Shown: positions 31,810 through 42,268, counted from the first letter of the stretch. The stretch: 64,000 nucleotides of DNA from Longimicrobiales bacterium (GCA_965248195.1 CBDFIQ010000001.1:416001-480000); one strand, 5' to 3'. Notes: a model not told the origin generated them from the letters alone. Made by a program: numbers and translations.

Positions 31810-32070
31810 TGGGCTTCGTGAGCGTGATCATCACATCCGTGATCTTCGCGCTGGGACTCCCACTCGTGCTGCTCTAGACTCCTCTGCTTGCGCCTACCGG
31901 CCCGCTCTCGGATGTTGAACGCGGTCTGATCCTCTGATACCGAGGACCGCACAATGTCCGATCCCGTCACCCGTCTCAACGCAGCCCTCGAAGGCCGCTA
32001 CACGATTGTGCGTGAACTGGGCGAGGGCGGCATGGCGACGGTGTATCTGGCGGACGACCTCCGGCAATAA
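31810..32070 (+). pseudogene. Repeat C + repeat D + kinase N-terminal mini-ORF (31954-32070)
   Basis: MSDPVTRLNAALEGRYTIVRELGEGGMATVYLADDLRQ*; Hanks kinase Gly-loop GEGGMATVY. Confidence 0.88.
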
Positions 32071-32111
32071 GAACTCATCCATACTACAAGCCCCACTCAG
32101 GACTCAACGTC

Positions 32112-33239
32112 ATGAAGGCACTTGCACGGTTTTTGACCCTAGTCCTCCTTCTGGGTAGTGGTCTTCCCTCAAGGACAAGCGCCCAGAGTCGTACCTTCGT
32201 TGCCACGGACCGGAACACACTGGGTACCGCGATCGAACGCTCCGCCTCCCTTTCTTTCGGAGACGTGGATATGGACGGAGATCTAGACGTTGTCGTGGCG
32301 AACGGACGCCATTGGCCCGAACAGAATGAGGTCTTCTTCAATACTGGTACCGGGGTCTTCCTGCTTTCCCGGCCAATAGGAACCGACTTCGCCAGTTCCT
32401 ATTCGACACCGCTTGCCGACCTCGACGGAGACGGTGACCTGGACGTGGCCGTCGGGAATGATCGGGTTAGGAAGATGATTCTCCTCAACGATGGAGCCGG
32501 GTATTTCTCTCCCGCAGGGTCCTTTGGCCGTGAAGCGAGCACACGGAGCCTTACACTGGCCGACCTCGACGGCGATGGCCATACCGACATCCTCGTCACG
32601 AACCGGGGACAGCAGAACGCAATCTATTTCAACGATGGGAGGGCGGGTTTCGAGCGATCTGAGCCCTTTGGCTCCGACGACGATTCGACTATCGACGTCG
32701 TGGCTATCGATATGGATAGGGATGGGGATCTCGACTTGGTACTGGCCAACCGCGACGGCCAGCCGAACTTCGTTTACCTGAACGACGGAGACGCAACGTT
32801 CCCCGAACGGGTCCCTTTCGGAACTGGGAGCGACGAAACTCGTGGTGTCGCGGTGGCGGATCTCAACGCTGACGGCCTTCTCGACATTGTGACTGCCAAT
32901 ATTGGGGAAGCCAACGGCGTCTACCTGAATGACGGAACCGGGGGATTTGGAGAGCCCATCTTCTTTGGTCGTCCCGAGGGAGAAAGCTATACGGTAGCGG
33001 TCGCGGACATGGACCTCGATGGAGATATCGACATCGTGATCGGAAATGTGGGAATGGAAAACGCTGTCTTCTTCAAAGACGACTCGGGCCACGATTTCCA
33101 CGAGGTCCGTTTCGGGGACCCCAACCACATCACATATGGAGTAGCGGTCGGGGATCTTAATGGGGATGGCTTCCCTGACATTGGTGTGGCCAACTCCGAC
33201 GGACCCAATCTCGTTTACCTGAATCGGCCTGGGCGCTAG
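32112..33239 (+). CDS. Secreted FG-GAP/VCBS repeat protein
   Basis: Seven DxDGDGxxDxxxxN repeats. Confidence 0.88.
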   Translation: MKALARFLTLVLLLGSGLPSRTSAQSRTFVATDRNTLGTAIERSASLSFGDVDMDGDLDVVVANGRHWPEQNEVFFNTGTGVFLLSRPIGTDFASSYSTPLADLDGDGDLDVAVGNDRVRKMILLNDGAGYFSPAGSFGREASTRSLTLADLDGDGHTDILVTNRGQQNAIYFNDGRAGFERSEPFGSDDDSTIDVVAIDMDRDGDLDLVLANRDGQPNFVYLNDGDATFPERVPFGTGSDETRGVAVADLNADGLLDIVTANIGEANGVYLNDGTGGFGEPIFFGRPEGESYTVAVADMDLDGDIDIVIGNVGMENAVFFKDDSGHDFHEVRFGDPNHITYGVAVGDLNGDGFPDIGVANSDGPNLVYLNRPGR

Positions 33240-33280
33240 GCCCTTGGCGCCCCATACGCCTTAGACGCATCTTGTCCGCC

Positions 33281-33349
33281 ATGACTGATCCCGTCGCCCG
33301 TCTCAACGCAGCCCTCGAAGGCCGCTACACGATCGAGCGTGAGGTATGA
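33281..33349 (+). pseudogene. Kinase N-terminal mini-ORF overlapping the next gene (ATGA)
   Basis: MTDPVARLNAALEGRYTIEREV*; TGA 33347-33349 overlaps ATG 33346. Confidence 0.85.
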
Positions 33350-35482
33350 CCGATCGGCAAGTGCTTTTTGGGGTGGCATCGCTCGGGATCGTTCTTTCAT
33401 GCAGCTCCGCCGTATCTGCCGAGCCGGGAGAGGCGCGTATGCTGGTCTTCTCTAAGACCGCAGGGTTTCGGCATGCATCCATCGAGCCTGGGATCGCGGC
33501 TCTCGGGCAACTCGCCGCCGCCGCTGGCTTCCAGCTAGATACCACGGAGGACGGAGACGCGTTCACCCCTGCGAACTTGAGGCGCTACCAAGCGGTCGTC
33601 TTTCTATCGACGACGGGAGACATCTTGGACGAACCGCAGCAGCTCGCCTTGTGGTCAAGTCCCGATTTGTGTGTAAAAGCGGAGGAAGCTCCTCGCCTTC
33701 GGCTAGGCTGCTTGGGCGACCTCCTGTTTCTGGAGGAGTGAGAGGTCGAGGTAACGCCGGTCGCCCCAGACGTGTGTGGTCCTGAGTGCGACGGCCGTGA
33801 TGAGCCTGAGGGCGCTGGCCCGGTCCGGGAAGGCGCCGGCGGCCTTGATCCTGCGTTTGATCTCGCCGTGCAGCCGCTCGAGGCTGTTGGTGGTACGCAG
33901 CCGGGGCCAGTGCGCCTCGGGGAACGCGTAGAACTGCGTCGCTGCCCCGAAGCCCCGCTCCAGGACCTCCACGGCCTCGGGCAGCTCCTTCTTCCAGCGT
34001 GCGCCGAACTCGCCCAGGAGCTTCTTCGCCTCGGCGAGTCCGGATGTCTGGAAGATCACCGAGACCTCACGCGCCACGCGCTTGCGTAAGCGGTGGGGGA
34101 CCCTCGCCCCCACATTACGCTGCAGATGGACCGTACACCTCTGACGGCGTGCCTCGGGCAGGAAGCGGCGGACCGCAGCTGCCAGGCCTGCGTGCTCATC
34201 GGCGATCACGAGCTCGACACCGCCGAGGCCGCGGTCCTGGAGTTGCTCGAGGAGCTCCGACCAGCTCTGCTGCGACTCCTCAGCGCCCAGCGTGACGGCC
34301 AGGAGCCGTCGGTGACCCTCAGGGCCCACTGCATACGCCACGAGCGCACTCACGTTCTCGACTTTGCGGGCCCAGCGGGCGTCCAAGAACGTGGCGTCCA
34401 GGTACAGATAGGGGTGAGGCCCCTCGATCGGCGCACGGCGCAGCCCTTCCACGGCCTCGTCGAGCCGTTTTGCCACACGACTCACCGTCGAGCGCCCAAC
34501 ACGCTCGCCCATCAGCGCCTCGGTGACGTCGCCCATCTTGCGCTGTGACACGCCGCTCACATACGCCTCGACCATCATCTCGTCGAGCTCGGGGCTCCTG
34601 CGCTGGTAGCGGCCGATCACGTCGGCCGGCGAACCGTTGTCCCGGCTCCGGGGCATGGCGACCTCGATCTGCCCCAGGCTCGTCAGCAGCCGCCTCAGGT
34701 ATGTGCCGTTCCTATGGTCCTTCCGGCTTCCCACCCGCTCGAAGCGGCGTGCACCTACCATGGCCTTCAGCTCCTCTTCCAGCACCATCTCGAGCGTCAG
34801 CCGGATCGCGCCTTGAAACAGCTCGCGCAAATCATCGCGTAGCTCGTCTTGCGTGGCCCGACCGATCTCCACAATCTCTTGCATCGGAAGCTCCTCTCCG
34901 GTTCCGAGCCTGCTCTGCAGACCCGGACTCCCGGGTTCATGTGACAGTGAACAACAACAGAGGAGCTTCCGTTTTTCTTTCCCTCCTGTCCAGCTTATCC
35001 GCTTTTACACAAATCTAGGGACACTACCCGCCTTGTCGGAGTTCGTTCGGGCAGGCGGTGGATTCGTCGGCGTACACTCCGCCAGTGACACTGAGTACGA
35101 CTGGCCGTGGTACGGGCAGCTCGTGGGCGCGTACTTCGACGGGCATCCGAGCAATCCGAACGTGCGGACCGGGAGGCTGCTGGTTGTGATGCCGGATCAC
35201 CCCGCGACGGCGTCGCTTCCCGGCACGTGGATTCGATCGGACGAGTGGTACGATTTACGAGACCTCCAAGCCGGATTGTCGATTCTCCTGGAGGTCGATG
35301 AGCTCAGCTACAAAACGCCCGAGGAGAACCCTCTACCGGATCCGCGTCCGATCGCTTGGTTCAGGGAGTTCGACGGGGGTCGTACGTTCTATACAGCACT
35401 CGGGCATACGGTGGAGAGCTATGCCGATCCGCTCTTCCTAGAGCACGTTTGGGGCGGACTCACATGGGTGCTGGGCCAATGA
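33346..35482 (+). pseudogene. ThuA-like domain protein interrupted by IS256
   Basis: LVFSKTAGFRHASI...QQLAL | SEFVRAGGGFVGVHSASDTEYDWPWY...YTALGH; removing the IS and one TSD restores the frame. Confidence 0.88.
33653..35028 (-). mobile_element. IS256 family element, copy 1 (transposase 33703-34884)
   Basis: YLDAT, RCTVH, RTTNSLERL motifs; imperfect terminal IRs; 8-bp TSD CGCCTTGT. Confidence 0.95.
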
Positions 35483-35524
35483 GCAGACGGTCAACTCCTC
35501 TTGTGGTGTCCACGTAGGGCCGCC

Positions 35525-35659
35525 ATGACCGACCCCATCACCCGCCTGAACACAGCCCTCGAAGGCCGCTACGCCATCGAGCGTGAGCTAGGTGAAGGCG
35601 GCATGGCGACGGTCTACCTGGCTGATGACCTCAAGCATGAGCGTAAGGTCGCGCTGAAG
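35525..35659 (+). pseudogene. Longest kinase N-terminal fragment, in frame with the downstream cargo
   Basis: MTDPITRLNTALEGRYAIERELGEGGMATVYLADDLKHERKVALK, reaching the VAxK lysine. Confidence 0.9.
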
Positions 35660-35716
35660 GGGGTCCACCAGCGATCCGGATGTCCAGAGCGTGGGTATGC
35701 CCGAACAGGAGGGCTC

Positions 35717-36306
35717 ATGACCAGGGCCACACCCTTCCTTGTGGCACTCCTGCTCACTCTCCCCTCGGGGGGTTCATCGCAGGCTGCCCCGAGTCCCGGC
35801 GACCGCGTCCGCGTCCGGCAGTTAGACGGAGCCGTTCTCACGGGCACGCTCGCCACTTTCTCGAGCGAAGGTATACAACTATCCATCGATTCCGTCAGCC
35901 CGCCGGTGGAGGTCCCCGTATCAGCGATCGAGGCCCTGGAGGCCAGCCTATCCGAGTCCGGGCTGCGGATGCATTGAGGATGGAGGGTGTGTTCGTAGCC
36001 TTCGAAGGGCAGGATTTGCTCGTGAGCACCAGCCAGGTGGAGCCGGACCAGCGCGTTCCCGTCGATCGACTGCAAGCCCTGTGGGTACAAGAGCGAGCTA
36101 CCCGGAAGGGTGCTGTGATCGGCGGAATGATGGGGGCCGTTCTCGGATTAGGGGTAGGCTACTACGGTCGGGAGTACGTCCTAGACCCCGGGGAATTCGA
36201 TGGCGGCGATCTGGTAGCCATCACGGTGGTGGGAGCGGGTTTGGGGGCGGTCCCCGGAGCGTTGATAGGTTATCTGGTGCGGGGGTGGTCCCCCGTTTGG
36301 CCGTAA
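35717..36306 (+). pseudogene. Secreted/membrane hypothetical with Gly-zipper C-terminus; frame changes near 35945
   Basis: AGGAGG RBS; SPGDRVRV domain then, in another frame, IRVRA...KGAVIGGMMGAVLG. Confidence 0.5.
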
Positions 36307-36356
36307 GCACAGGGTCCTCCGAAGGCTCGGGACGCCGTTCGTGATCGTCACCAACT

Positions 36357-37732
36357 GGTCAAGTCCCGATTTGTGTGTAAAAGCGGAGGAAGCTCCTCGC
36401 CTTCGGCTAGGCTGCTTGGGCGACCTCCTGTTTCTGGAGGAGTGAGAGGTCGAGGTAACGCCGGTCGCCCCAGACGTGTGTGGTCCTGAGTGCGACGGCC
36501 GTGATGAGCCTGAGGGCGCTGGCCCGGTCCGGGAAGGCGCCGGCGGCCTTGATCCTGCGTTTGATCTCGCCGTGCAGCCGCTCGAGGCTGTTGGTGGTAC
36601 GCAGCCGGGGCCAGTGCGCCTCGGGGAACGCGTAGAACTGCGTCGCTGCCCCGAAGCCCCGCTCCAGGACCTCCACGGCCTCGGGCAGCTCCTTCTTCCA
36701 GCGTGCGCCGAACTCGCCCAGGAGCTTCTTCGCCTCGGCGAGTCCGGATGTCTGGAAGATCACCGAGACCTCACGCGCCACGCGCTTGCGTAGGCGGTGG
36801 GGGACCCTCGCCCCCACATTACGCTGCAGATGGACCGTACACCTCTGACGGCGTGCCTCGGGCAGGAAGCGGCGGACCGCAGCTGCCAGGCCTGCGTGCT
36901 CATCGGCGATCACGAGCTCGACACCGCCGAGGCCGCGGTCCTGGAGTTGCTCGAGGAGCTCCGACCAGCTCTGCTGCGACTCCTCAGCGCCCAGCGTGAC
37001 GGCCAGGAGCCGTCGGTGACCCTCAGGGCCCACTGCATACGCCACGAGCGCACTCACGTTCTCGACTTTGCGGGCCCAGCGGGCGTCCAAGAACGTGGCG
37101 TCCAGGTACAGATAGGGGTGAGGCCCCTCGATCGGCGCACGGCGCAGCCCTTCCACGGCCTCGTCGAGCCGTTTTGCCACACGACTCACCGTCGAGCGCC
37201 CAACACGCTCGCCCATCAGCGCCTCGGTGACGTCGCCCATCTTGCGCTGTGACACGCCGCTCACATACGCCTCGACCATCATCTCGTCGAGCTCGGGGCT
37301 CCTGCGCTGGTAGCGGCCGATCACGTCGGCCGGCGAACCGTTGTCCCGGCTCCGGGGCATGGCGACCTCGATCTGCCCCAGGCTCGTCAGCAGCCGCCTC
37401 AGGTATGTGCCGTTCCTATGGTCCTTCCGGCTTCCCACCCGCTCGAAGCGGCGTGCACCTACCATGGCCTTCAGCTCCTCTTCCAGCACCATCTCGAGCG
37501 TCAGCCGGATCGCGCCTTGAAACAGCTCGCGCAAATCATCGCGTAGCTCGTCTTGCGTGGCCCGACCGATCTCCACAATCTCTTGCATCGGAAGCTCCTC
37601 TCCGGTTCCGAGCCTGCTCTGCAGACCCGGACTCCCGGGTTCATGTGACAGTGAACAACAACAGAGGAGCTTCCGTTTTTCTTTCCCTCCTGTCCAGCTT
37701 ATCCGCTTTTACACAAATCTAGGGACACTACC
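36357..37732 (-). mobile_element. IS256 family element, copy 2 (transposase 36407-37588)
   Basis: Same element with at least one silent SNP near 36793; TSD CACCAACT; splits the VTNWFEEL kinase fragment. Confidence 0.95.
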
Positions 37733-37771
37733 CACCAACTGGTTCGAGGAGCTTCGCCAGCGGATGGGAAA

Positions 37772-38746
37772 TTGAAGGCTCAGATCCCCTGGCTTCGCGT
37801 CTTCGTGGAAGGCGTGGTGATCGTGGGCTCTATCCTGTTGGCGTTCGGGATTGTGGCGTGTTGGGACGACGTAGAGCTGGACCGAGAGCTGAACCAAGAA
37901 CTCCAGAATGTGGCGCGGGAGCTTGAGGAGAACCGGAGCAAGGCCCCAAGCTCAGCACTCTCGCAGACACCAGACCAGGCCCACATCCATGCGGGTGAGC
38001 CCGTGAGCTGCACGACGCTTGCGTCGCCGCCGTGGAGCGGATTGTCCGATACGGATCGCCTGCAAGTCGCTGCACTGCGACAGGCGATGTCCGAGCTCGA
38101 TACACCGGAAGCCGCCCGTGCCGCCGGGTTCAATCCTACATTGGGCGATATCCCCGGCATGGGCGTGCATTACGTGCACATGGGACGCAGCCTGGACGGT
38201 GTAAGGATCGATGCGCCGGACCACTTGATGTTCGCCAGCATCGATGACCGGGAGCAACTCGTCGGCGCGGCTTACGTGTTCATCGACGTGCCGGAAACCG
38301 AAGTGCCCATACCGTTCCAAAGCGACCTTGCCCGATGGCATGACCATCCCCAGTTCGCCGACCAGGGTCGGACCCTACACATGCTGCACGTCTGGTTCGT
38401 TCCGTCTTCGAACGGCCCGTTTGCCGGCCTCAACTTCTGGCTGCCCTACCGTACCGCGGGCATCGAGCCGCCTAGCTCGTGCTGGATGGCCGATGAGGCG
38501 GACGCCGATCGGATTCGGAACGTCTCGTTCGCGCTCGTGCCGCCGCGGTGGGGGGCAGCTGCCAGGGAACTGTTCGCGGAGCGGCAGGCGGTCCGAGGCG
38601 AGATGCTCGCCACATTGGACGCAGCCGCACGTGCCGTCGACCGCGATGCCTGGGTCGCGGCCGCAGACCGCTTCCTCGCCGATCTGACCGCATCCGAGCG
38701 CAGCACCCTCGAGGCTAGGCTCCGCGCTTCGACCATGGCCAGATGA
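37772..38746 (+). CDS. Chimeric ORF: repeat-B N-terminus + repeat E + hypothetical GMGVHY-motif domain
   Basis: MKAQIPWLRVFVEGVVIVGSILLAFGI...; PGMGVHYVH, WHDH, MLHVW. Confidence 0.6.
   Translation: MKAQIPWLRVFVEGVVIVGSILLAFGIVACWDDVELDRELNQELQNVARELEENRSKAPSSALSQTPDQAHIHAGEPVSCTTLASPPWSGLSDTDRLQVAALRQAMSELDTPEAARAAGFNPTLGDIPGMGVHYVHMGRSLDGVRIDAPDHLMFASIDDREQLVGAAYVFIDVPETEVPIPFQSDLARWHDHPQFADQGRTLHMLHVWFVPSSNGPFAGLNFWLPYRTAGIEPPSSCWMADEADADRIRNVSFALVPPRWGAAARELFAERQAVRGEMLATLDAAARAVDRDAWVAAADRFLADLTASERSTLEARLRASTMAR
37978..38011 (+). repeat. Dispersed 34-bp repeat E, copy 2
   Basis: Identical to 21018-21051. Confidence 0.85.
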
Positions 38747-38793
38747 CGTCGGCTGAGCGTGAGGCCGTCCAGAACTAGCTGCGTGCGAACGGC

Positions 38794-40611
38794 TCACCGC
38801 CCCAACACGTAGTTACTCTTCGCTGGACTCACGCCTCCGAACATCACCCCGCTTTCCGGATCGATCATCACCATCTTCACGGCACCAGCGCCCGACAATG
38901 ACATCCGATACGGTTGTTGTAGCGGTACCAATTCCACTCTGTGGCCTCGCCGGCCCAGGTCCTGGGCGATCACTTCTCGCATCGCTGCCGGCATGGTGAG
39001 CATGCCGCGCACCCGGTGGGGATAATTCGACCCGGCGAAGGCGCTGCTGGTGACCGTCGCGGCCTCGACCGCCTGCTGCACGTTCATGCCGAAGTGCACG
39101 ACCGCGAGAAACGCTTGCAGCATCGCTTGCGACTGGTTGTCTCCGCCTGGTGTGTTCCACGCCAGATACGGCTTCCCGTCCTTCAGTGCGAGCGCCGGGT
39201 TGACGGTATGTCGGGTGCGTTTTCCGGGAACGAGCTCGTTCACGTCTCCCTCGTCCAACGAGAAGTACGGCATGCGGTTGTTCAGAACGATGCCCGTCCC
39301 ATCCACGAACATGCCGCTGCCGAACGTGCCGTTCACGCTGTGAGTGACGGAGACGAGGTTGCCGAACTGGTCTGCGATGGAGAACGACGAGGTCTCGCCA
39401 ATTTCCGCGGGAGCCGATTCCGGCCGCGCCACGGGTTGTGATTGGGCTTGGTACTGTGCCGTTACGCCGTCCGCCACCGTGCGTGCCCTTCGTGGGTCGC
39501 CCGCAGGTGCCACCGTCATCGCGCGATCCATCCGGATCAGCTCGCGGCGCTCGGCCGCATAGTCCTTGGAGAGCAGCTCGTCCGTCGGCACGTCGGCGAA
39601 CTTGGGATCGGTCACGTACCGGTTTCGGTCGGCGAAGGCCAACTTCATCGCCTCGGTGACAACGTGCAGGTAGTCCGCCGAGTTGTGTCCCATTTCGACC
39701 AGATCGAACCCCTCGAGGATGTTGAGCGCGATGAGCATGACGATGCCCTGGGAGTTGGGCGCGCTCTGGTACACGTCCAGTCCGGCGTAAGCCGTCGATA
39801 TGGGAGAGGTCTCTTCGGCGTGGTAGCCCGCGAGGTCGGCGTACCGCAAGAGACCCCCCTCCCGCTCGTAGACGCTCCCGATGCGCCTGGCCAGGTAGCC
39901 GCGATAGAACACGTCTATCCCGCCGCGGGAAATGGCCTCCAGCGACCGGGCGAGGTCGCTCTGTACGAACACGTCACCGGCGCCAAGCGGCTGCCCCTGC
40001 GGCATGAGTACCGAGAGCGACGAGGGGTAGGGAGAGATCTTTTCTACTGCCCGCGTGTGGTACCCTGACGCCCAAAAGTCCACGGGGTGTCCATCGCGCG
40101 CAGCCCGAATGGCGGGTGCGAGCACCTCTGCATACTCCATCGTTCCGTATTCGCGAAGCGCCAGGTCGAACCCGCCCGCTGCGCCGGGAACGTCGGTCGC
40201 CAGGGGACCGGCGTCCGGGATCTCGCCCAACTCCGTGTAGTACTCGCGCGTTGCCAAAGCGGGTGCCGGCCCGGTGCCATTGATGAACACCACACGGTTC
40301 TCGGCGGCGAGATAGGCCAGGATGAACCCGTCCCCGCCGATGCCGGCCTGGTGCTGCTCCACCACCGTGGTCATGTAGAAAACCGCGGCGGCGGCATCGA
40401 ACGCGTTGCCGCCCGCCCGAAGGATCTCCATTCCGGCGATCGTCTCGAGGGGATGTTCCGCTGCCACCATCCCGAACGTGCCCATGACCACGGGGCGCCA
40501 GAACGGCCTCTCGTCTGGTTGTTGTGCCGTCAACCCGCCGACGTGGAGGGTGGTGGTCGACAGCAACATGGCTGACATCACACCAATCGTTGATATGCGT
40601 GACATGGTCAT
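38794..40611 (-). CDS. ggt: Gamma-glutamyltransferase family protein
   Basis: GGNAFDAA, GIGGDGF, ETSSFSIAD..NLVSVTHS, LNNRM, TPGGD. Confidence 0.9.
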   Translation of the reverse strand: MTMSRISTIGVMSAMLLSTTTLHVGGLTAQQPDERPFWRPVVMGTFGMVAAEHPLETIAGMEILRAGGNAFDAAAAVFYMTTVVEQHQAGIGGDGFILAYLAAENRVVFINGTGPAPALATREYYTELGEIPDAGPLATDVPGAAGGFDLALREYGTMEYAEVLAPAIRAARDGHPVDFWASGYHTRAVEKISPYPSSLSVLMPQGQPLGAGDVFVQSDLARSLEAISRGGIDVFYRGYLARRIGSVYEREGGLLRYADLAGYHAEETSPISTAYAGLDVYQSAPNSQGIVMLIALNILEGFDLVEMGHNSADYLHVVTEAMKLAFADRNRYVTDPKFADVPTDELLSKDYAAERRELIRMDRAMTVAPAGDPRRARTVADGVTAQYQAQSQPVARPESAPAEIGETSSFSIADQFGNLVSVTHSVNGTFGSGMFVDGTGIVLNNRMPYFSLDEGDVNELVPGKRTRHTVNPALALKDGKPYLAWNTPGGDNQSQAMLQAFLAVVHFGMNVQQAVEAATVTSSAFAGSNYPHRVRGMLTMPAAMREVIAQDLGRRGHRVELVPLQQPYRMSLSGAGAVKMVMIDPESGVMFGGVSPAKSNYVLGR

Positions 40612-40887
40612 CCGTCCTTGGATAGTGACTCCGTCATTGGCGAGACCCTCCCCTTGCGAGGCACGACTCCAGGGCAACGTGCTGCTAGCCGTTCGCCCAT
40701 GCAAGGATGCGACGAGGGGATGCGTGGATGGGCAACGGGTGAGACCATCGACCGGCTTACCCAGCTATTGACTCCACCTCTCTGGGCCCCTAACTGCTCA
40801 ATGCAGCTTGCGCAGCCCGTAAGACTGCCTACGTGACCATCGGTCGGCGCCTAGGCTTTCCGTGACCCCGACACTCGAGGCAATCCC

Positions 40888-42252
40888 TTGATCCGACGCA
40901 CGACGCTCGTCATCACGGCGCTTCTGGGGGCGGCGTTCAGCGCGATGGACGCCGTAGGCCAGAGTACGTATGTCCTCACGGCGGGACGGCGCCTTCCGTA
41001 CCTGTACGCCATTTCGCTCGATGCCGCGCTCGATCCGGCGAACGACAACACGTCGAACGCGATCGTCAGTCGTAGCAAAGTCGCGATGGACCGATTGGAT
41101 GGTCAGCTACTCGGCGATCCGGCCAATCTGATCGTGAGTGAGGACGGCCGCACGGTCTACGTGGTGAATCACCATGGCGCCATCGATAACTCGGAGTTCA
41201 GACAACACGGTGGCCGCGGACAGATCGCGGTGCTCGACGTGGACGAGGTCCTCGATCCGCAGAACGACGGGACGGCCAACGCACTGGTGCGCCACATGGA
41301 CTCCGGCGGCTTCGGAGCGCTCGGCGTGGTGCTCCTGCCGGACATGCTCATCATCGGCAACGCCGAGAACAACCTGACGGAGGACGGCGGCAATCGTATC
41401 AACTTCGTCGACCGGCGAACCGGTAGCCTCCGCGGCACCGTGGAGTTGGCGCTGGGCTCGCCGGGATTCGACTGTCCGGACTACCCGGTGCCTTACGTCT
41501 CACCTTACGGGCCGCCCAGGAATCTGGCGGTGCTCTCCCCGGATCCGAGCTGGGGATGCTTCCCCGACCCGAACGGATTGGCGCTGGGACGCGCCAGCGA
41601 TGGACGCGCGTACGTGTTCTCCGCGAACGGCGGTACGGGCGACGTGTCGGTGATCGACCTCGCCCGCGCTCTCGATGGGGACCCCTTCGCGGAGATCGGC
41701 CGTATCCCGACCCAGGTCGGTCCATGGGGCATCACGGCGACCCCCGACGGGCGCCACATCATCGTGGCGAACGGAGGGAGCCAACGCGAACGCCGGGCGG
41801 GCAACATGCTTTCGATCATCGACGTCGACCGGGCAAGCGCGGGCGCCGGTGACGCCGAGGTCGCGCGCATCTTGGTCGGCACGGATGATCCGCAAGAGCA
41901 GACACATCCGCTGATACCGTCCGTCACCCCGGACGGCCGCGAGGTGATCGTCCCCAATATCCGCACGGACAACGTGTCGATCGTGGACCTCGAGTTGGCG
42001 CTCTCCGGCGATCCCGACGCCGAGGTCGCGCGCATCCCGCTCGTTCGGACCGACGGACGGCCCGCCCGCCCGAAGGGTTCGGCGATCACCTCCGATGGCA
42101 GGTATGCCGTGATCAGCGCGGGACCCTCATCGCGACCGTTCTCACAAGAGCTCGGTCACGTGTACGTGATCGATCTTCGATCACGCAGCGTAGTGGCCAC
42201 GGTGACCAGCGTGGGCAACGATCCTTACGGCCTGGCCCTGGTGTACAGGTAG
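40888..42252 (+). CDS. Secreted YncE-like beta-propeller protein
   Basis: Signal peptide; TPDGR/VSVIDL repeats; VGNDPYGL. Confidence 0.75.
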   Translation: MIRRTTLVITALLGAAFSAMDAVGQSTYVLTAGRRLPYLYAISLDAALDPANDNTSNAIVSRSKVAMDRLDGQLLGDPANLIVSEDGRTVYVVNHHGAIDNSEFRQHGGRGQIAVLDVDEVLDPQNDGTANALVRHMDSGGFGALGVVLLPDMLIIGNAENNLTEDGGNRINFVDRRTGSLRGTVELALGSPGFDCPDYPVPYVSPYGPPRNLAVLSPDPSWGCFPDPNGLALGRASDGRAYVFSANGGTGDVSVIDLARALDGDPFAEIGRIPTQVGPWGITATPDGRHIIVANGGSQRERRAGNMLSIIDVDRASAGAGDAEVARILVGTDDPQEQTHPLIPSVTPDGREVIVPNIRTDNVSIVDLELALSGDPDAEVARIPLVRTDGRPARPKGSAITSDGRYAVISAGPSSRPFSQELGHVYVIDLRSRSVVATVTSVGNDPYGLALVYR

Positions 42253-42268
42253 CGAAGAGAGGGCAGAG

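Noticed and set aside
23425..37824. Repeat B as a CRISPR array
   Set aside because: Spacing is 1-7 kb with whole genes between copies, the repeat translates as a protein N-terminus, and no cas genes are present.
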